From: Candidatus Bathyarchaeia archaeon
GTDB lineage: Archaea; Thermoproteota; Bathyarchaeia; TCS64
Length of the DNA: 64,000 nucleotides
Assembly: GCA_050014495.1 (NCBI GenBank)
Contig: JBEKDF010000002.1
Location: forward strand, 1 to 64,000
Direction: 5' to 3'
Shown here: piece after piece, positions 38,677 to 48,294 of the stretch
Layout: each line of letters opens with the position of its first letter
Numbering within the stretch: position 1 is the stretch's first letter
The notes under the pieces: generated by a model
Database searches by the model: none
Told to the model about the DNA's origin: nothing
Seen by the model: the letters and a program-made list of their open reading frames with translations, nothing else
Made by a program: the position numbers and the translations under genes

Positions 38677-39194
38677 TCCAAGGATGGGCGATCTGGGTCA
38701 CTGGGCTACCCGCCTCAGGGAAGTCGACCATATCCCGGCTCGTAAAGGCCAAGCTCTCCGAAGAGGGAGTAAGCGCACAGATACTGGAGACGGATGAACT
38801 TCGCCTCATCCTCACTCCCAACCCCACTTACAACCCCGAGGAACGGGAGGTCTTCTACACAAGCCTAGCCTATATGGGGTGGCTCCTCACTGTTAACGGG
38901 GTAAACGTCATCTTCGACGCCACCGCAAATAGGAGGCGCTGGAGGGACTACGCGAGGGCGAGGATACCAAGGTTCATTGAGGTCTACATGGACTGTCCGC
39001 TGAAGATATGTGAAGCCCGGGACCCGAAGGGCATCTACACTCAAGCTGCCACGGGTCAAGCCCGCTTCGTCCCTGGTGCACAGCAAGAGTACGAGAAACC
39101 ACTTGCCCCAGAGATCACACTCGACTGCATGGAAGACCCTAAGAAGCTCACCGATCAGCTAATGGAGGAGATAAGGCGGCGTGGACTCATCTAA
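38673..39194 (+). CDS. Adenylyl-sulfate kinase-like P-loop kinase (CTG start)
   Basis: WVTGLPASGKST in frame upstream of the listed ORF; FIEVYMDCPL..CEARDPKGIY; in-frame TAG at 38643 leaves CTG 38673 as the plausible start. Confidence 0.85.
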   Translation: MIQGWAIWVTGLPASGKSTISRLVKAKLSEEGVSAQILETDELRLILTPNPTYNPEEREVFYTSLAYMGWLLTVNGVNVIFDATANRRRWRDYARARIPRFIEVYMDCPLKICEARDPKGIYTQAATGQARFVPGAQQEYEKPLAPEITLDCMEDPKKLTDQLMEEIRRRGLI

Positions 39195-39966
39195 CTGGAT
39201 CGAAATCCTCCGCGAGGCTACAGATTGCATCTTCTCAGCTATCGCCAAGGCGAAGCTAAATAGCGTGGGCTTGGAGATGCGGGACTACAAGCACCTCCTC
39301 GATGAAGCCGCTCAGAATGCGTTAGTTGACTCCCTAAGAAGCCAAAGCGTCTCCGCTCAACTAGTCAGCGAGGAGGGGAACGTCTTGGTGGGAAACGGAG
39401 GGCCAACCGTGATCGCGGACCCCGTCGATGGCACCACTAACCTCGCTAGGGGTTTGCGCCCCGCTGTAACATGCTTATCCGTCTCGGAGAACGGCCTCCA
39501 TTCAAGCACGCTTGCTGCAGTAGTCAGGGACCTATATACGGAGAATATTTACACGGCTGAAGCCGGTAAGGGGGTCACCCTCAACGGTTGCCAGATACAG
39601 GTCGCGGCGCCTAGGCAAGCTAGGTCAGCCCTCGTCTCTATTGATATTAGCAAGACACCGAAACTAGATCGCATCACACCGCTCCTAAACACCTGCAGGT
39701 TCATTCGGATGTTCGGCAGCTCCGCCTCCGAGCTCACTTTGATAGCCTCAGGAGGCTTTGACGCTCATGTTGATGTGCGCAGCACCGTTAGAGCCACAGA
39801 TGTTGCAGCTGCCCTCACTATTCTAGATGAGGCAGGGGGTACCTATGCCGTCGATGGGGTAATAGGTGGGGACTTCACCTTGACGAAGGAAACGACGATG
39901 GAGTTGATAGCGGCCTCAAATAAGCCACTACTGGATGAGCTCCTCGCCCTCACGAAGCGCCCCTAA
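39181..39966 (+). CDS. Inositol monophosphatase / FBPase class IV family protein
   Basis: SEE, DPVDGTTN, RMFGS, DVAA. Confidence 0.9.
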   Translation: MDSSNWIEILREATDCIFSAIAKAKLNSVGLEMRDYKHLLDEAAQNALVDSLRSQSVSAQLVSEEGNVLVGNGGPTVIADPVDGTTNLARGLRPAVTCLSVSENGLHSSTLAAVVRDLYTENIYTAEAGKGVTLNGCQIQVAAPRQARSALVSIDISKTPKLDRITPLLNTCRFIRMFGSSASELTLIASGGFDAHVDVRSTVRATDVAAALTILDEAGGTYAVDGVIGGDFTLTKETTMELIAASNKPLLDELLALTKRP

Positions 39967-40162
39967 CAAGATTCGGAGCGCTCTCATATTTCTAATCCAA
40001 AATGGAGACGCTCTCTCTTTGAGCCCAAATGGTGCCTCGGATCCAGTCTTCACTGAGGCCCTCCGATGCGCCCTCCTTAAAGGTGTGGAGGTTGACACAT
40101 ACGACTCCAGGGTTACCTTAGAGGGCATCAGTATTAACAGACGCGTGCCCGTCAAGATTTAA
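39967..40162 (+). pseudogene. sfsA: C-terminal remnant of SfsA nuclease family gene
   Basis: LIFLIQ..DA....PN...DP.F.EAL..A..KGVEV..Y...V matches the SfsA C-terminus; no N-terminal part. Confidence 0.7.
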
Positions 40163-40317
40163 CCTGAAATCCGAATTAACACAAATAAGGTAAAATTGAA
40201 TCAGAAAATAACAGATAATTGAAGCAAGCTAGTTAAAAAACGGCTCTTTTTGCTACTAAGCCTATAGGAACCGTTTTTAAGCTTCCCGCCATGCTATCAA
40301 CCGTCAGAGGTCGCTCA

Positions 40318-40626
40318 ATGGGTAAGAAGAAGGTACTGAGCGAAAAGGACCTCCATGACATGGTCCTTCCCAGCAAGAACGACGTGCTAGGCGTCGTACA
40401 GAAGATGCTGGGCTTCGACAGAGTGATGGTGAAGTGCCAGGACGGAAACATTCGGGTCTGCCGCATCAGGGGCAAGATGAAGCGACGTACCTGGATACGC
40501 GAGGGGGACATAGTCCTAGTCAGTCCATGGGACTTCCAGAGTGAGGAACGTGGAGAGATATTCTGGCGATACACCCAGAATCAGGTCGACGAACTCAAGC
40601 AGAAGGGTATAATGAAGATAGAGTAG
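40318..40626 (+). CDS. eif1A: Translation initiation factor aIF-1A
   Basis: VKCQDG..R.CRIRGKMKRR.WIREGD.VLV.PW. Confidence 0.95.
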   Translation: MGKKKVLSEKDLHDMVLPSKNDVLGVVQKMLGFDRVMVKCQDGNIRVCRIRGKMKRRTWIREGDIVLVSPWDFQSEERGEIFWRYTQNQVDELKQKGIMKIE

Positions 40627-40638
40627 GCTGATTTTCAC

Positions 40639-41433
40639 GTGCCCAGCCAGGACAAGATTGAGCGTAAGGCCGAGAAGCTGCAGAGGCGATACGAAGAGAC
40701 AGCTCTGATGCTGAACAAGAACCAGGAGGAGTTCAACGTCAGCGAGGCCGTCTTCGATCGGCCCACCCTGGAGGGCATTCTTAGGTTGATCCAACAGAAG
40801 AAGATCGATAAGATAAAGGGCGTCCTGAAGGCGGGTAAGGAGGCTCATGTCTTCTGGGGGACGGCGCCGAGCGGGGCAGAGATAGCCGTCAAGATATATT
40901 ACACGACTACCTCCGAGTTCCGAAAGGGTATGATGAAGTATATTGAGGGCGATCCACGGTTCAAGCACATCCGTACGGATAATAAGAGCCTTGTCTACGC
41001 GTGGGCGCAGAAGGAATTCAGCAATCTTCAGCTCGCCCAGCAGGCAGGTGTCAACTCGCCCCGCCCAATAGACTTCTATAGGAACATCCTCGTGATGACT
41101 TTTATAGGGGTCGACGGAGTACCAGCCCCCCTGCTGAGGGAGTTGCCATTAGAGGACCCTAGCGACTTCTACGACGTGTTAACCGATGAGATGAGGGCGC
41201 TCTATCAGAAGGCTGGCCTTGTTCACGGGGACCTGAGTGAGTATAATATAATGGTCTGGGAGAAGAAGCCGGTCATCTTCGACCTCAGTCAAGCGATGCT
41301 AACGATACATCCTCTCGCCCCAAGCCTCTTACAACACGATGTGGAGACCGTGAACGCGTACTTCGCGAGGTTGGGTGTACAAGTCTACGACAACAAGGAA
41401 CTAGAGGAGTGGGTGAAGATTGGAGAAGCGTAA
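40639..41433 (+). CDS. rio1: RIO1 serine kinase
   Basis: GKEA.VF, AVKIY, WAQKEF.NL, HGDLSEYN, FDLSQA. Confidence 0.93.
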   Translation: MPSQDKIERKAEKLQRRYEETALMLNKNQEEFNVSEAVFDRPTLEGILRLIQQKKIDKIKGVLKAGKEAHVFWGTAPSGAEIAVKIYYTTTSEFRKGMMKYIEGDPRFKHIRTDNKSLVYAWAQKEFSNLQLAQQAGVNSPRPIDFYRNILVMTFIGVDGVPAPLLRELPLEDPSDFYDVLTDEMRALYQKAGLVHGDLSEYNIMVWEKKPVIFDLSQAMLTIHPLAPSLLQHDVETVNAYFARLGVQVYDNKELEEWVKIGEA

Positions 41434-42010
41434 CTACATAAGAATACCACACGACAGGGTCGGAGTCCTAATTGGCCCAGAGGGCAAGGTGAAGAGCCGA
41501 ATAGAGAAGACCTTTAACATAACACTCAGCATCGAGAGCGAGACGGGGAACGTGGAGATAATTCTCGGCCCTGACCAGTCGGATGTCTCCGTCATCTTCA
41601 CAGTAGCTAACATAGTCAAGGCAATCGGGAGGGGATTCAGCCCAGACCGCGCAATGGCGTTGGCAAACGAGGACTTCGACCTCTCCATCATCGACCTGGA
41701 GGAGGTCGTGGGGAAAAGCCACAGCGCTCAGGAGAGGATCAAGGGGCGAATCATTGGTAAGGAGGGTAAGAGTAGGGCCCTAATCGAGGAGCTGACCGAG
41801 ACCCAGATGAGCGTTTATGGAAGCACAGTGACCCTAATAGGCAAAATTGAGTCCCTCCCCGCAGCGACGGAGGCTGTTATGATGCTCATCCGCGGCAAAT
41901 TCCACAAGACGGTCTACAACTACCTCTTCGCCTACCGTCGCCAGCTGAAGAGAGATCGTGGCGAGATCTGGTACGATCAGTCTCCACCCGCTTCTGAGAG
42001 GAGGGATTGA
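41420..42010 (+). CDS. KH-domain pre-rRNA processing protein (Dim2/Pno1)
   Basis: GVLIGP.G, AIGRGFSP, GRIIGKEG, H..VY. Confidence 0.92.
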   Translation: MEKRNYIRIPHDRVGVLIGPEGKVKSRIEKTFNITLSIESETGNVEIILGPDQSDVSVIFTVANIVKAIGRGFSPDRAMALANEDFDLSIIDLEEVVGKSHSAQERIKGRIIGKEGKSRALIEELTETQMSVYGSTVTLIGKIESLPAATEAVMMLIRGKFHKTVYNYLFAYRRQLKRDRGEIWYDQSPPASERRD

Positions 42011-43688
42011 CACGATACAGATACAGGAAGTAGAGTACCAGGCAGTCAGCCCGAGCGACTTTTTCTATCGCAACAGGGAGATCGCCGGCTTCAGTAACCC
42101 CAGCAGAGCCATTTACGTCGGCGTCAGAGAACTCCTAGAGAACAGCCTCGACGCCTGCGAAAGCGCCCAAATCCCCCCAGACATCTACCTCCGAATAACT
42201 GAGCTAAGCAGCAGTAGCGGCGAAAACGGGACGGCTGTATACCTACTCAGAATCCAGGACAACGGCACGGGTGTCCCCTCAGAGGAGATACCTGCCTGCT
42301 TCGCCCAGATCTTCTATGGATCCAAATATACCCTCAAGCAAAACCGCGGAACCTTCGGTATGGGTGGCAAGATGACCATCCTATATGGCCAGATCACCAC
42401 CCACAAACCTGTGGTCGTCACCTCGAGCGTCGGTAAGGAAATCCACGAGTACGAGATGATGATGGACATCCAGAAGAACCAGCCCCAGGTAATCCGACAC
42501 ACAACCCTCTCTAACGAAAAAGGGTGGCGCGGTACCATCGTCGAACTCCAGATCGAGGGCGACTACCCCCGAATAATGAGCCGCATGGTAGAATACCTAC
42601 GACAGACTGCAATGGTCAACCCCTACGCCGACATCACTTTCATAGATCCGAAGAACCGTCTATATCGCTTCGAGAGGGGCACCACTCAGATGCCCCCTGT
42701 CCCCCAGAAGGTCAAACCCCACCCACACGGCATAGATGTTGAGACCCTACGCAGGATGCTTCTTGTCACCAAATCCCGGGACATGAAGAATTTTTGGATC
42801 GATCACTTCCAGGGCGTAGGACCCAAGACAGCGGAGAAGTTCCTTGCATTCGCCGAGATAAGGCAGGAAATGAAGCCCGCAAGTCTCTCATCCGACGAGA
42901 TCGTAAAGCTGGTCCGTGCGGCGAAGGAGTTCCAGGAGTTCTACCGTCCCGACTCGAGCTGTCTCAGCCCAATAGGCCCAGACCTCCTCGAAACGGGGAT
43001 AAGGAAGGAGCTAAACCTCACCGACGCCGACTTCATAAAGGCTGTACAGCGGCCACCCGCCACTTACAGTGGCTACCCCTTTATAGTCGAAGCAGCCTTA
43101 GTCACTGGGCCAACAATCCGTAAAATAGGAAATGGCACCACACTCTACAGATTCGCAAACCGTATTCCCCTCCTCTTCGACGAGTCGAGCTGTGTCACTT
43201 ACAAGGTCATCTCTAAGGACATTAACTGGAGGACATATAATGTTCAACAGGAGACCCCCCTCATTGTCGCGATTCACCTCTGCTCGACGAAGATCCCCTA
43301 CAAGAGCGTGGGGAAGGAGTTCCTAGCCGACCAAGTGGAAGTCGAGAAGGAGATTACCAACGCCATAAGAGAAGCGGCGCGTGACCTTCGTATATTCATT
43401 AGTCGCAGTGTTAAACTGGAAAAGCAGAAGCATCGCCTTAACATATTCAGCAAGTACCTCCCCAAGATTGCAGAGTTCGCCATGAAGCTAGGCGACAAGA
43501 CAGACATGCCCGACATTCAGAAGCTCCTCGATGAGATACTTGTGGTCAACCAGCAGGAAGATGACGACGAGAACGGGAATGGGGACGAGAACGGAAACGG
43601 TGTACTTCCTCCGCCAGATGACGAAACGCTAGACGAGGAGCTAGAAGAGAAGATAGAGGAGGAGAGGATCGATGGCAAAGAGGATTAG
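41958..43688 (+). CDS. top6B: DNA topoisomerase VI subunit B
   Basis: SP..FF.RN, ELLENSLDA, DNGTG, RGTFGMG, FANRIPL; start uncertain. Confidence 0.95.
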   Translation: MARSGTISLHPLLRGGIDTIQIQEVEYQAVSPSDFFYRNREIAGFSNPSRAIYVGVRELLENSLDACESAQIPPDIYLRITELSSSSGENGTAVYLLRIQDNGTGVPSEEIPACFAQIFYGSKYTLKQNRGTFGMGGKMTILYGQITTHKPVVVTSSVGKEIHEYEMMMDIQKNQPQVIRHTTLSNEKGWRGTIVELQIEGDYPRIMSRMVEYLRQTAMVNPYADITFIDPKNRLYRFERGTTQMPPVPQKVKPHPHGIDVETLRRMLLVTKSRDMKNFWIDHFQGVGPKTAEKFLAFAEIRQEMKPASLSSDEIVKLVRAAKEFQEFYRPDSSCLSPIGPDLLETGIRKELNLTDADFIKAVQRPPATYSGYPFIVEAALVTGPTIRKIGNGTTLYRFANRIPLLFDESSCVTYKVISKDINWRTYNVQQETPLIVAIHLCSTKIPYKSVGKEFLADQVEVEKEITNAIREAARDLRIFISRSVKLEKQKHRLNIFSKYLPKIAEFAMKLGDKTDMPDIQKLLDEILVVNQQEDDDENGNGDENGNGVLPPPDDETLDEELEEKIEEERIDGKED

Positions 43689-44769
43689 TGAAGCGGAGAA
43701 GCAGCGGGAGGCTGTCGACAAGGCCCTCAAGCAACTGGGTTCCCTTGTATACGACCAGATCAATCAGGGGGAGTTCCCTTGGGTGATGATGCAGAGCAGG
43801 AGCATCGACAACATCCAGTACGACCCCCACGCCCGCCAGTACATCCTAGGCGACAGGATGGTCAAACGCCACAGTCGGAACATAAAGCACATCCGTCCTT
43901 TCACTCAACTCATCTGGACCGCGTGGTTCGCGCGTGAGCTCGTCCGGCAGAGGAAGACGAGTACTCTTAGGGAGGCGTATTACTCCGCAAGGGGCCAGCG
44001 TGACATCGAATACACAGATCAACAAGAGTCCGATAACATCATCACTGACCTAGAGGTGGCACTCAACAAGGCGAGGGAGGACTTCAACATCTACCCCGAG
44101 GAGCGGAGCGCCATCTTCGGGGATATAACCATCGAGTACACCGTTCCTGGATATGAGGGGCGCCGCACAAACCTCACCGACCATCCAGACGGTATAATGG
44201 TCGGCCCAGCTGTGACAAGCAGCGAGTTCATAGAGACCACAGCCAATAAGATACTCGTCGTTGAGAAGGGTGCAATGTTTACACGTCTAGTCGAGGAGCA
44301 AGCCCACAAAAAGTTCAACGCAATCCTCATCCACACGGCTGGGCAGAGCCCGCGCAGCACACGCAGCATAATCCATCGCCTTAACAAGGATTGGGGAATG
44401 CCCGTCTACATATTCACCGATGGTGACCCTTGGGGGGTCCACATCGCTCAGGTCATATGCTCAGGTAGCGCAAACGCCGCTCACCTCAGAGGCCTAACAA
44501 CCCCTGACGCACAGTGGATAGGCGTTTGGGCAACCGACATAACCAAATACAAGCTCCCTACCGAGAACCTCACCGATTTTGATAAGAAGAGGCTAACAGA
44601 GCTCCAAGCGGATCCTCGATATAACGAGGACCCCTGGAAGAAGCAGATAGAGGAATTCATCAAGCTCCAGAAGAAAGCAGAACTGGAGGCCTTCAGCAGG
44701 TACGGGCTGACTTACATAGTGGATAAGTATCTCCCAGAGAAGATCGGAGCCACCGTCCCTGATTCTTAA
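43672..44769 (+). CDS. top6A: DNA topoisomerase VI subunit A
   Basis: LREAYY catalytic Tyr, VVEK, DGDPWG TOPRIM, KAELEA. Confidence 0.95.
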   Translation: MAKRISEAEKQREAVDKALKQLGSLVYDQINQGEFPWVMMQSRSIDNIQYDPHARQYILGDRMVKRHSRNIKHIRPFTQLIWTAWFARELVRQRKTSTLREAYYSARGQRDIEYTDQQESDNIITDLEVALNKAREDFNIYPEERSAIFGDITIEYTVPGYEGRRTNLTDHPDGIMVGPAVTSSEFIETTANKILVVEKGAMFTRLVEEQAHKKFNAILIHTAGQSPRSTRSIIHRLNKDWGMPVYIFTDGDPWGVHIAQVICSGSANAAHLRGLTTPDAQWIGVWATDITKYKLPTENLTDFDKKRLTELQADPRYNEDPWKKQIEEFIKLQKKAELEAFSRYGLTYIVDKYLPEKIGATVPDS

Positions 44770-44802
44770 ATACGCCAACGCGTGACTCATTTTTGGGATA
44801 GT

Positions 44803-44997
44803 ATGTCGAGCGGATTCAGCTTCTCAATTTCGAGGATGATCGTCGCACTCTTTGGTTTTCTCCTACTCGTCTTAGGGGGTATAATGACCTACCTAGCCCT
44901 AACCGTCGAGGGAGCAGCGCCGACGCGGTTCTTCACACCATTGGGATTCCTTATAGCGATCCTCGGCTTCTTCCTGTTACTATCGAAGGATGCTTAG
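44803..44997 (+). CDS. Small two-TM membrane protein
   Basis: Two hydrophobic helices; abuts the next gene. Confidence 0.65.
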   Translation: MSSGFSFSISRMIVALFGFLLLVLGGIMTYLALTVEGAAPTRFFTPLGFLIAILGFFLLLSKDA

Positions 44998-44999
44998 CT

Positions 45000-45755
45000 A
45001 TGTCGGTTAAAGGCGTGGTACTGGCAGGCGGCGAAGGCACTAGGTTCAGACCCCTAACATACTACTTTCAGAAATGTATGATTCCCATCGGGGAGGAGCA
45101 GAAGCCCATTCTCGACTACATCCTCCGTCTACTAAAATACAACGGAATCACAAAGACCGTTCTCCTCGTCGGGTACAAACATCAACAAATCGAGAACTAC
45201 TTCGAACACGGCGAGCGGTTCGGGGTCGAGATGACGTACGTTCTAGATGACCCAAACCTCAAGGGAAGCGCAAATGCACTGCTCAACGCCTACAAAAAGG
45301 GCGTAATAACGGATGAGGATACCCTCGTCGTCTACTACGGGGACATAATCAGCAACCTCGACATCAGAGCGATGGTGAGGCACCACCAGAACACAAAGGC
45401 GGACGCCACGTTGGCTCTGGCGAAGCGTTACAACATCAGTGTAGGAAAGGCAGAGCTCGATGGTACCCGTGTCACGAACTTCATAGAGAAACCAGACCTA
45501 ATGCAGCCCGTCAGCATAGGGATACTCACGCTGAGCGGTTCCGTACTGAAGGAGATGTTAACACTCCAGCAGCAGGGACAGTTCAAGAGCTTCGACCTCA
45601 TGGGCGACGTCATAGGCTACCTTGTACAGAGGGGTCGCCGAGTCGAGGCGTACCTCACGGATGCTTATTGGTACGACGTTGGAAGTGTTGAACGATATGA
45701 GAGGCTCAGCTCTGAGAAGTTAAGTGAGGTAGTTGGCTTCCTCTTAAAGCAGTAA
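45000..45755 (+). CDS. Sugar-phosphate nucleotidyltransferase (no LbH domain)
   Basis: LAGGEGTRFRP, YGD, FIEKP, WYDVG. Confidence 0.9.
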   Translation: MSVKGVVLAGGEGTRFRPLTYYFQKCMIPIGEEQKPILDYILRLLKYNGITKTVLLVGYKHQQIENYFEHGERFGVEMTYVLDDPNLKGSANALLNAYKKGVITDEDTLVVYYGDIISNLDIRAMVRHHQNTKADATLALAKRYNISVGKAELDGTRVTNFIEKPDLMQPVSIGILTLSGSVLKEMLTLQQQGQFKSFDLMGDVIGYLVQRGRRVEAYLTDAYWYDVGSVERYERLSSEKLSEVVGFLLKQ

Positions 45756-45841
45756 AGCGCGTACCTGGAACATTTACATATCTATTTCTACTACAGAAGT
45801 TTCTTAAACCATGCCTCGCCAAACTTAACCACCGGTGAAGC

Positions 45842-46933
45842 TTGATGAAGGCATTAGTTCTTGCGGGTGGCTTCGGCACCCGCCTTAGACCTTTAAGCTG
45901 CACGAGGCCTAAGATGCTGTTTCCCATCGGGGATCAGCCTCTAATGGATTGGACGCTGAAAAACCTCTCCCAGGGGGGAGTGGATACCGTCGTCATGGCG
46001 GTGAACTACATGGCGGAGGCCCTTGTCCGCTACCTCGGACCCACTAAGTACGACCTGGGCATCATTTACAGTCGCGAACAACGCCCCCTCGGTACAGGTG
46101 GCCCCATTAGAAAGGCGAAGGAGCTTTTAAACGGGGAAGCTTTTCTCGTCCTCAATGGGGATGTAATATCAGACATAGACTACAGACGCCTAATAGAATA
46201 TCATAAGACCAAGGGTGGTCTTGCCACCCTAGCCCTCACCCCTGTCTCCGACCCGAGCAGGTACGGTGCAGTCGATCTGGATTGGGAAGGCAGAATAACT
46301 CGCTTTGTCGAGAAACCCGAAAAGGGGAAGGAACCCAGCAACCTCATCAATGCAGGAATCTATGTCTTTGACCCAAAGATATTCGACTACATCCCCGACG
46401 GGCGATCCGTTAGTATAGAAAGAGAGGTTTTTCCAGTTCTGGCCAATGAGAGGAAACTCTATGGCTTCGAGTTCCACGGCCTCTGGACTGATATGGGTGC
46501 ACCCGACGATTATCTCAAGGCCAACCAGATAATTCTCAGCAAGTATGAGGGCGTAAAGCTCGGCGAGGGCGCCAAGGTCGATCTCACTGCTAAACTTATC
46601 TCCCCCTGTTATGTAGGCCCAAGCGCTGAGATTGGAGCGGACAGCCTTATAGGCCCCAATACCACCATCTGTGACCACGTTCTAGTTGGGAAGGGGTGCA
46701 GGATAGACAATAGCATTCTTTTCACAGGTGCCTCCATTGGCGATTACTCCTCGGTGAAGAACGCGATAATCGGTGAGAACGCTATCCTGGAAAAGTGGGT
46801 GAAGGTGGAGTCGGGGAGCCTTGTCGGTGACTACTCGTGGATACATGACGGTGTCACAATAACCGACGGTGTCAGTATCTGCCCTAGTAAGGAAGTGAGC
46901 GAAAGCATACTAGAGCGCCGTCAGGTGATGTAG
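45842..46933 (+). CDS. NDP-sugar synthase (mannose-1-phosphate guanylyltransferase-like) with LbH domain
   Basis: LAGGFGTRLRP, PLGTGG, NGD, FVEKP, hexapeptide repeats. Confidence 0.9.
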   Translation: MMKALVLAGGFGTRLRPLSCTRPKMLFPIGDQPLMDWTLKNLSQGGVDTVVMAVNYMAEALVRYLGPTKYDLGIIYSREQRPLGTGGPIRKAKELLNGEAFLVLNGDVISDIDYRRLIEYHKTKGGLATLALTPVSDPSRYGAVDLDWEGRITRFVEKPEKGKEPSNLINAGIYVFDPKIFDYIPDGRSVSIEREVFPVLANERKLYGFEFHGLWTDMGAPDDYLKANQIILSKYEGVKLGEGAKVDLTAKLISPCYVGPSAEIGADSLIGPNTTICDHVLVGKGCRIDNSILFTGASIGDYSSVKNAIIGENAILEKWVKVESGSLVGDYSWIHDGVTITDGVSICPSKEVSESILERRQVM

Positions 46934-48294
46934 TGGGTCGGCTCTTCGGAACGAATGGAGTCAGAGGGGTCGCAAATAGGGAGCTAACAATCGAACTCGT
47001 AACCCTCATCGCCGCTTCCTGCGGTCAAGTTCTTGGTAAGAACATTGCCCTCGGCAAGGATGGTCGGGTCACAAGCCCAATGTTCGGTGACGCTGCCACC
47101 TCTGGGCTCCAATCGGTGGGCTGCAATGTACACGACCTCGGTATCCTACCCACTCCCGCCCTCCAATACGCGGTCAAACACCTCGGCCTAGACGGCGGCC
47201 TCATGATAACGGCAAGTCACAACCCGCCAGAATTCAATGGTGTCAAAGTCATGGCCTCCGACGGGGTCGAGATACCACGTAGCGTCGAGGACGAGATAGA
47301 GCGCATTTACTTCTCTGGAGGACCGAAACTCGCCGAATGGGACCACGTAGGAACACTGAGGCAGAGGGACGCCCTCGATCTCTACATCGATGCGGTCATC
47401 TCCAAGGCGGAAGGCAGTATCATTAGGAGAAAGAGGCTCAAGGTGGCCGTAGACCCCGGGAATGGCGTCGGAACATTAGTCGCTCCGACTATCGCTCAGC
47501 GCCTAGGCTGCGAGGTATACACAGTCAACGCCGAGCTCGATGGTAGGTTCCCAGGACGAGAATCTGAACCACGCCCTGATAACCTCGGGGCATTAAGTGA
47601 GCTAGTTAAGGCAGCCAACGCAGATTTTGGAATTGCCTTCGATGGCGATGCCGATAGGAGTATATTCCTGAACGAACGCGGGGAGCCCCTCTGGGGGGAC
47701 CGAAGCTTCGCACTCGTCGCCAAATACTATATGGAGAAGCACAAGGGGGCGAAGGTTGTCACACCTGTTAGCAGCAGCAACGCCATAGTTGATGTCGTTG
47801 AAGCAGCTGGTGGTTCTATACATTGGACCCGCGTGGGGAGTGTCGACGTTAGTCGAGCAATGATCGAGAACGGTATAGAGTTTGGCGGGGAGGAGAACGG
47901 TGGGGTCATGTATGGTCCACACCACCCTGTCCGGGACGGCTCGATGACTATGGCTCTCATCCTCGGCATCATAGCCAAGGAGGGCAAGGCGCTGAGTGAG
48001 CTCGTGGATGAGCTTCCTACATATGCACAAGCTAAGGAGAAGATCCGATGCCCCAACGAACTCAAGCAGAGAGTCCTCGAAGTGCTACGCCAGAAGGTCT
48101 CAGCGCCACGCCTCGACACCATGGATGGCTTAAAGCTAATCTTCGAAGATGGTAGCTGGGTGCTCGTCCGCCCCAGCGGAACGGAGCCTATCTTCAGGCT
48201 CTACGCTGAGGCGGATACACAGCCCAAGGTTGAGCGCCTTGTCTCGGAGAACAAGAGGCTGATAGAGGAGACTGTAAAGGCTCTCAGTGCCTGA
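46933..48294 (+). CDS. Phosphohexomutase (PMM/PGM/GlmM family)
   Basis: LFGTNGVRG, TASHNP, DGDADR, GEENGG, RPSGTEP. Confidence 0.93.
   Translation: MGRLFGTNGVRGVANRELTIELVTLIAASCGQVLGKNIALGKDGRVTSPMFGDAATSGLQSVGCNVHDLGILPTPALQYAVKHLGLDGGLMITASHNPPEFNGVKVMASDGVEIPRSVEDEIERIYFSGGPKLAEWDHVGTLRQRDALDLYIDAVISKAEGSIIRRKRLKVAVDPGNGVGTLVAPTIAQRLGCEVYTVNAELDGRFPGRESEPRPDNLGALSELVKAANADFGIAFDGDADRSIFLNERGEPLWGDRSFALVAKYYMEKHKGAKVVTPVSSSNAIVDVVEAAGGSIHWTRVGSVDVSRAMIENGIEFGGEENGGVMYGPHHPVRDGSMTMALILGIIAKEGKALSELVDELPTYAQAKEKIRCPNELKQRVLEVLRQKVSAPRLDTMDGLKLIFEDGSWVLVRPSGTEPIFRLYAEADTQPKVERLVSENKRLIEETVKALSA

Noticed and set aside
40318..44769. aIF-1A/RIO1/Dim2/Top6B/Top6A cluster as a novelty
   Set aside because: A well-known conserved archaeal gene neighbourhood
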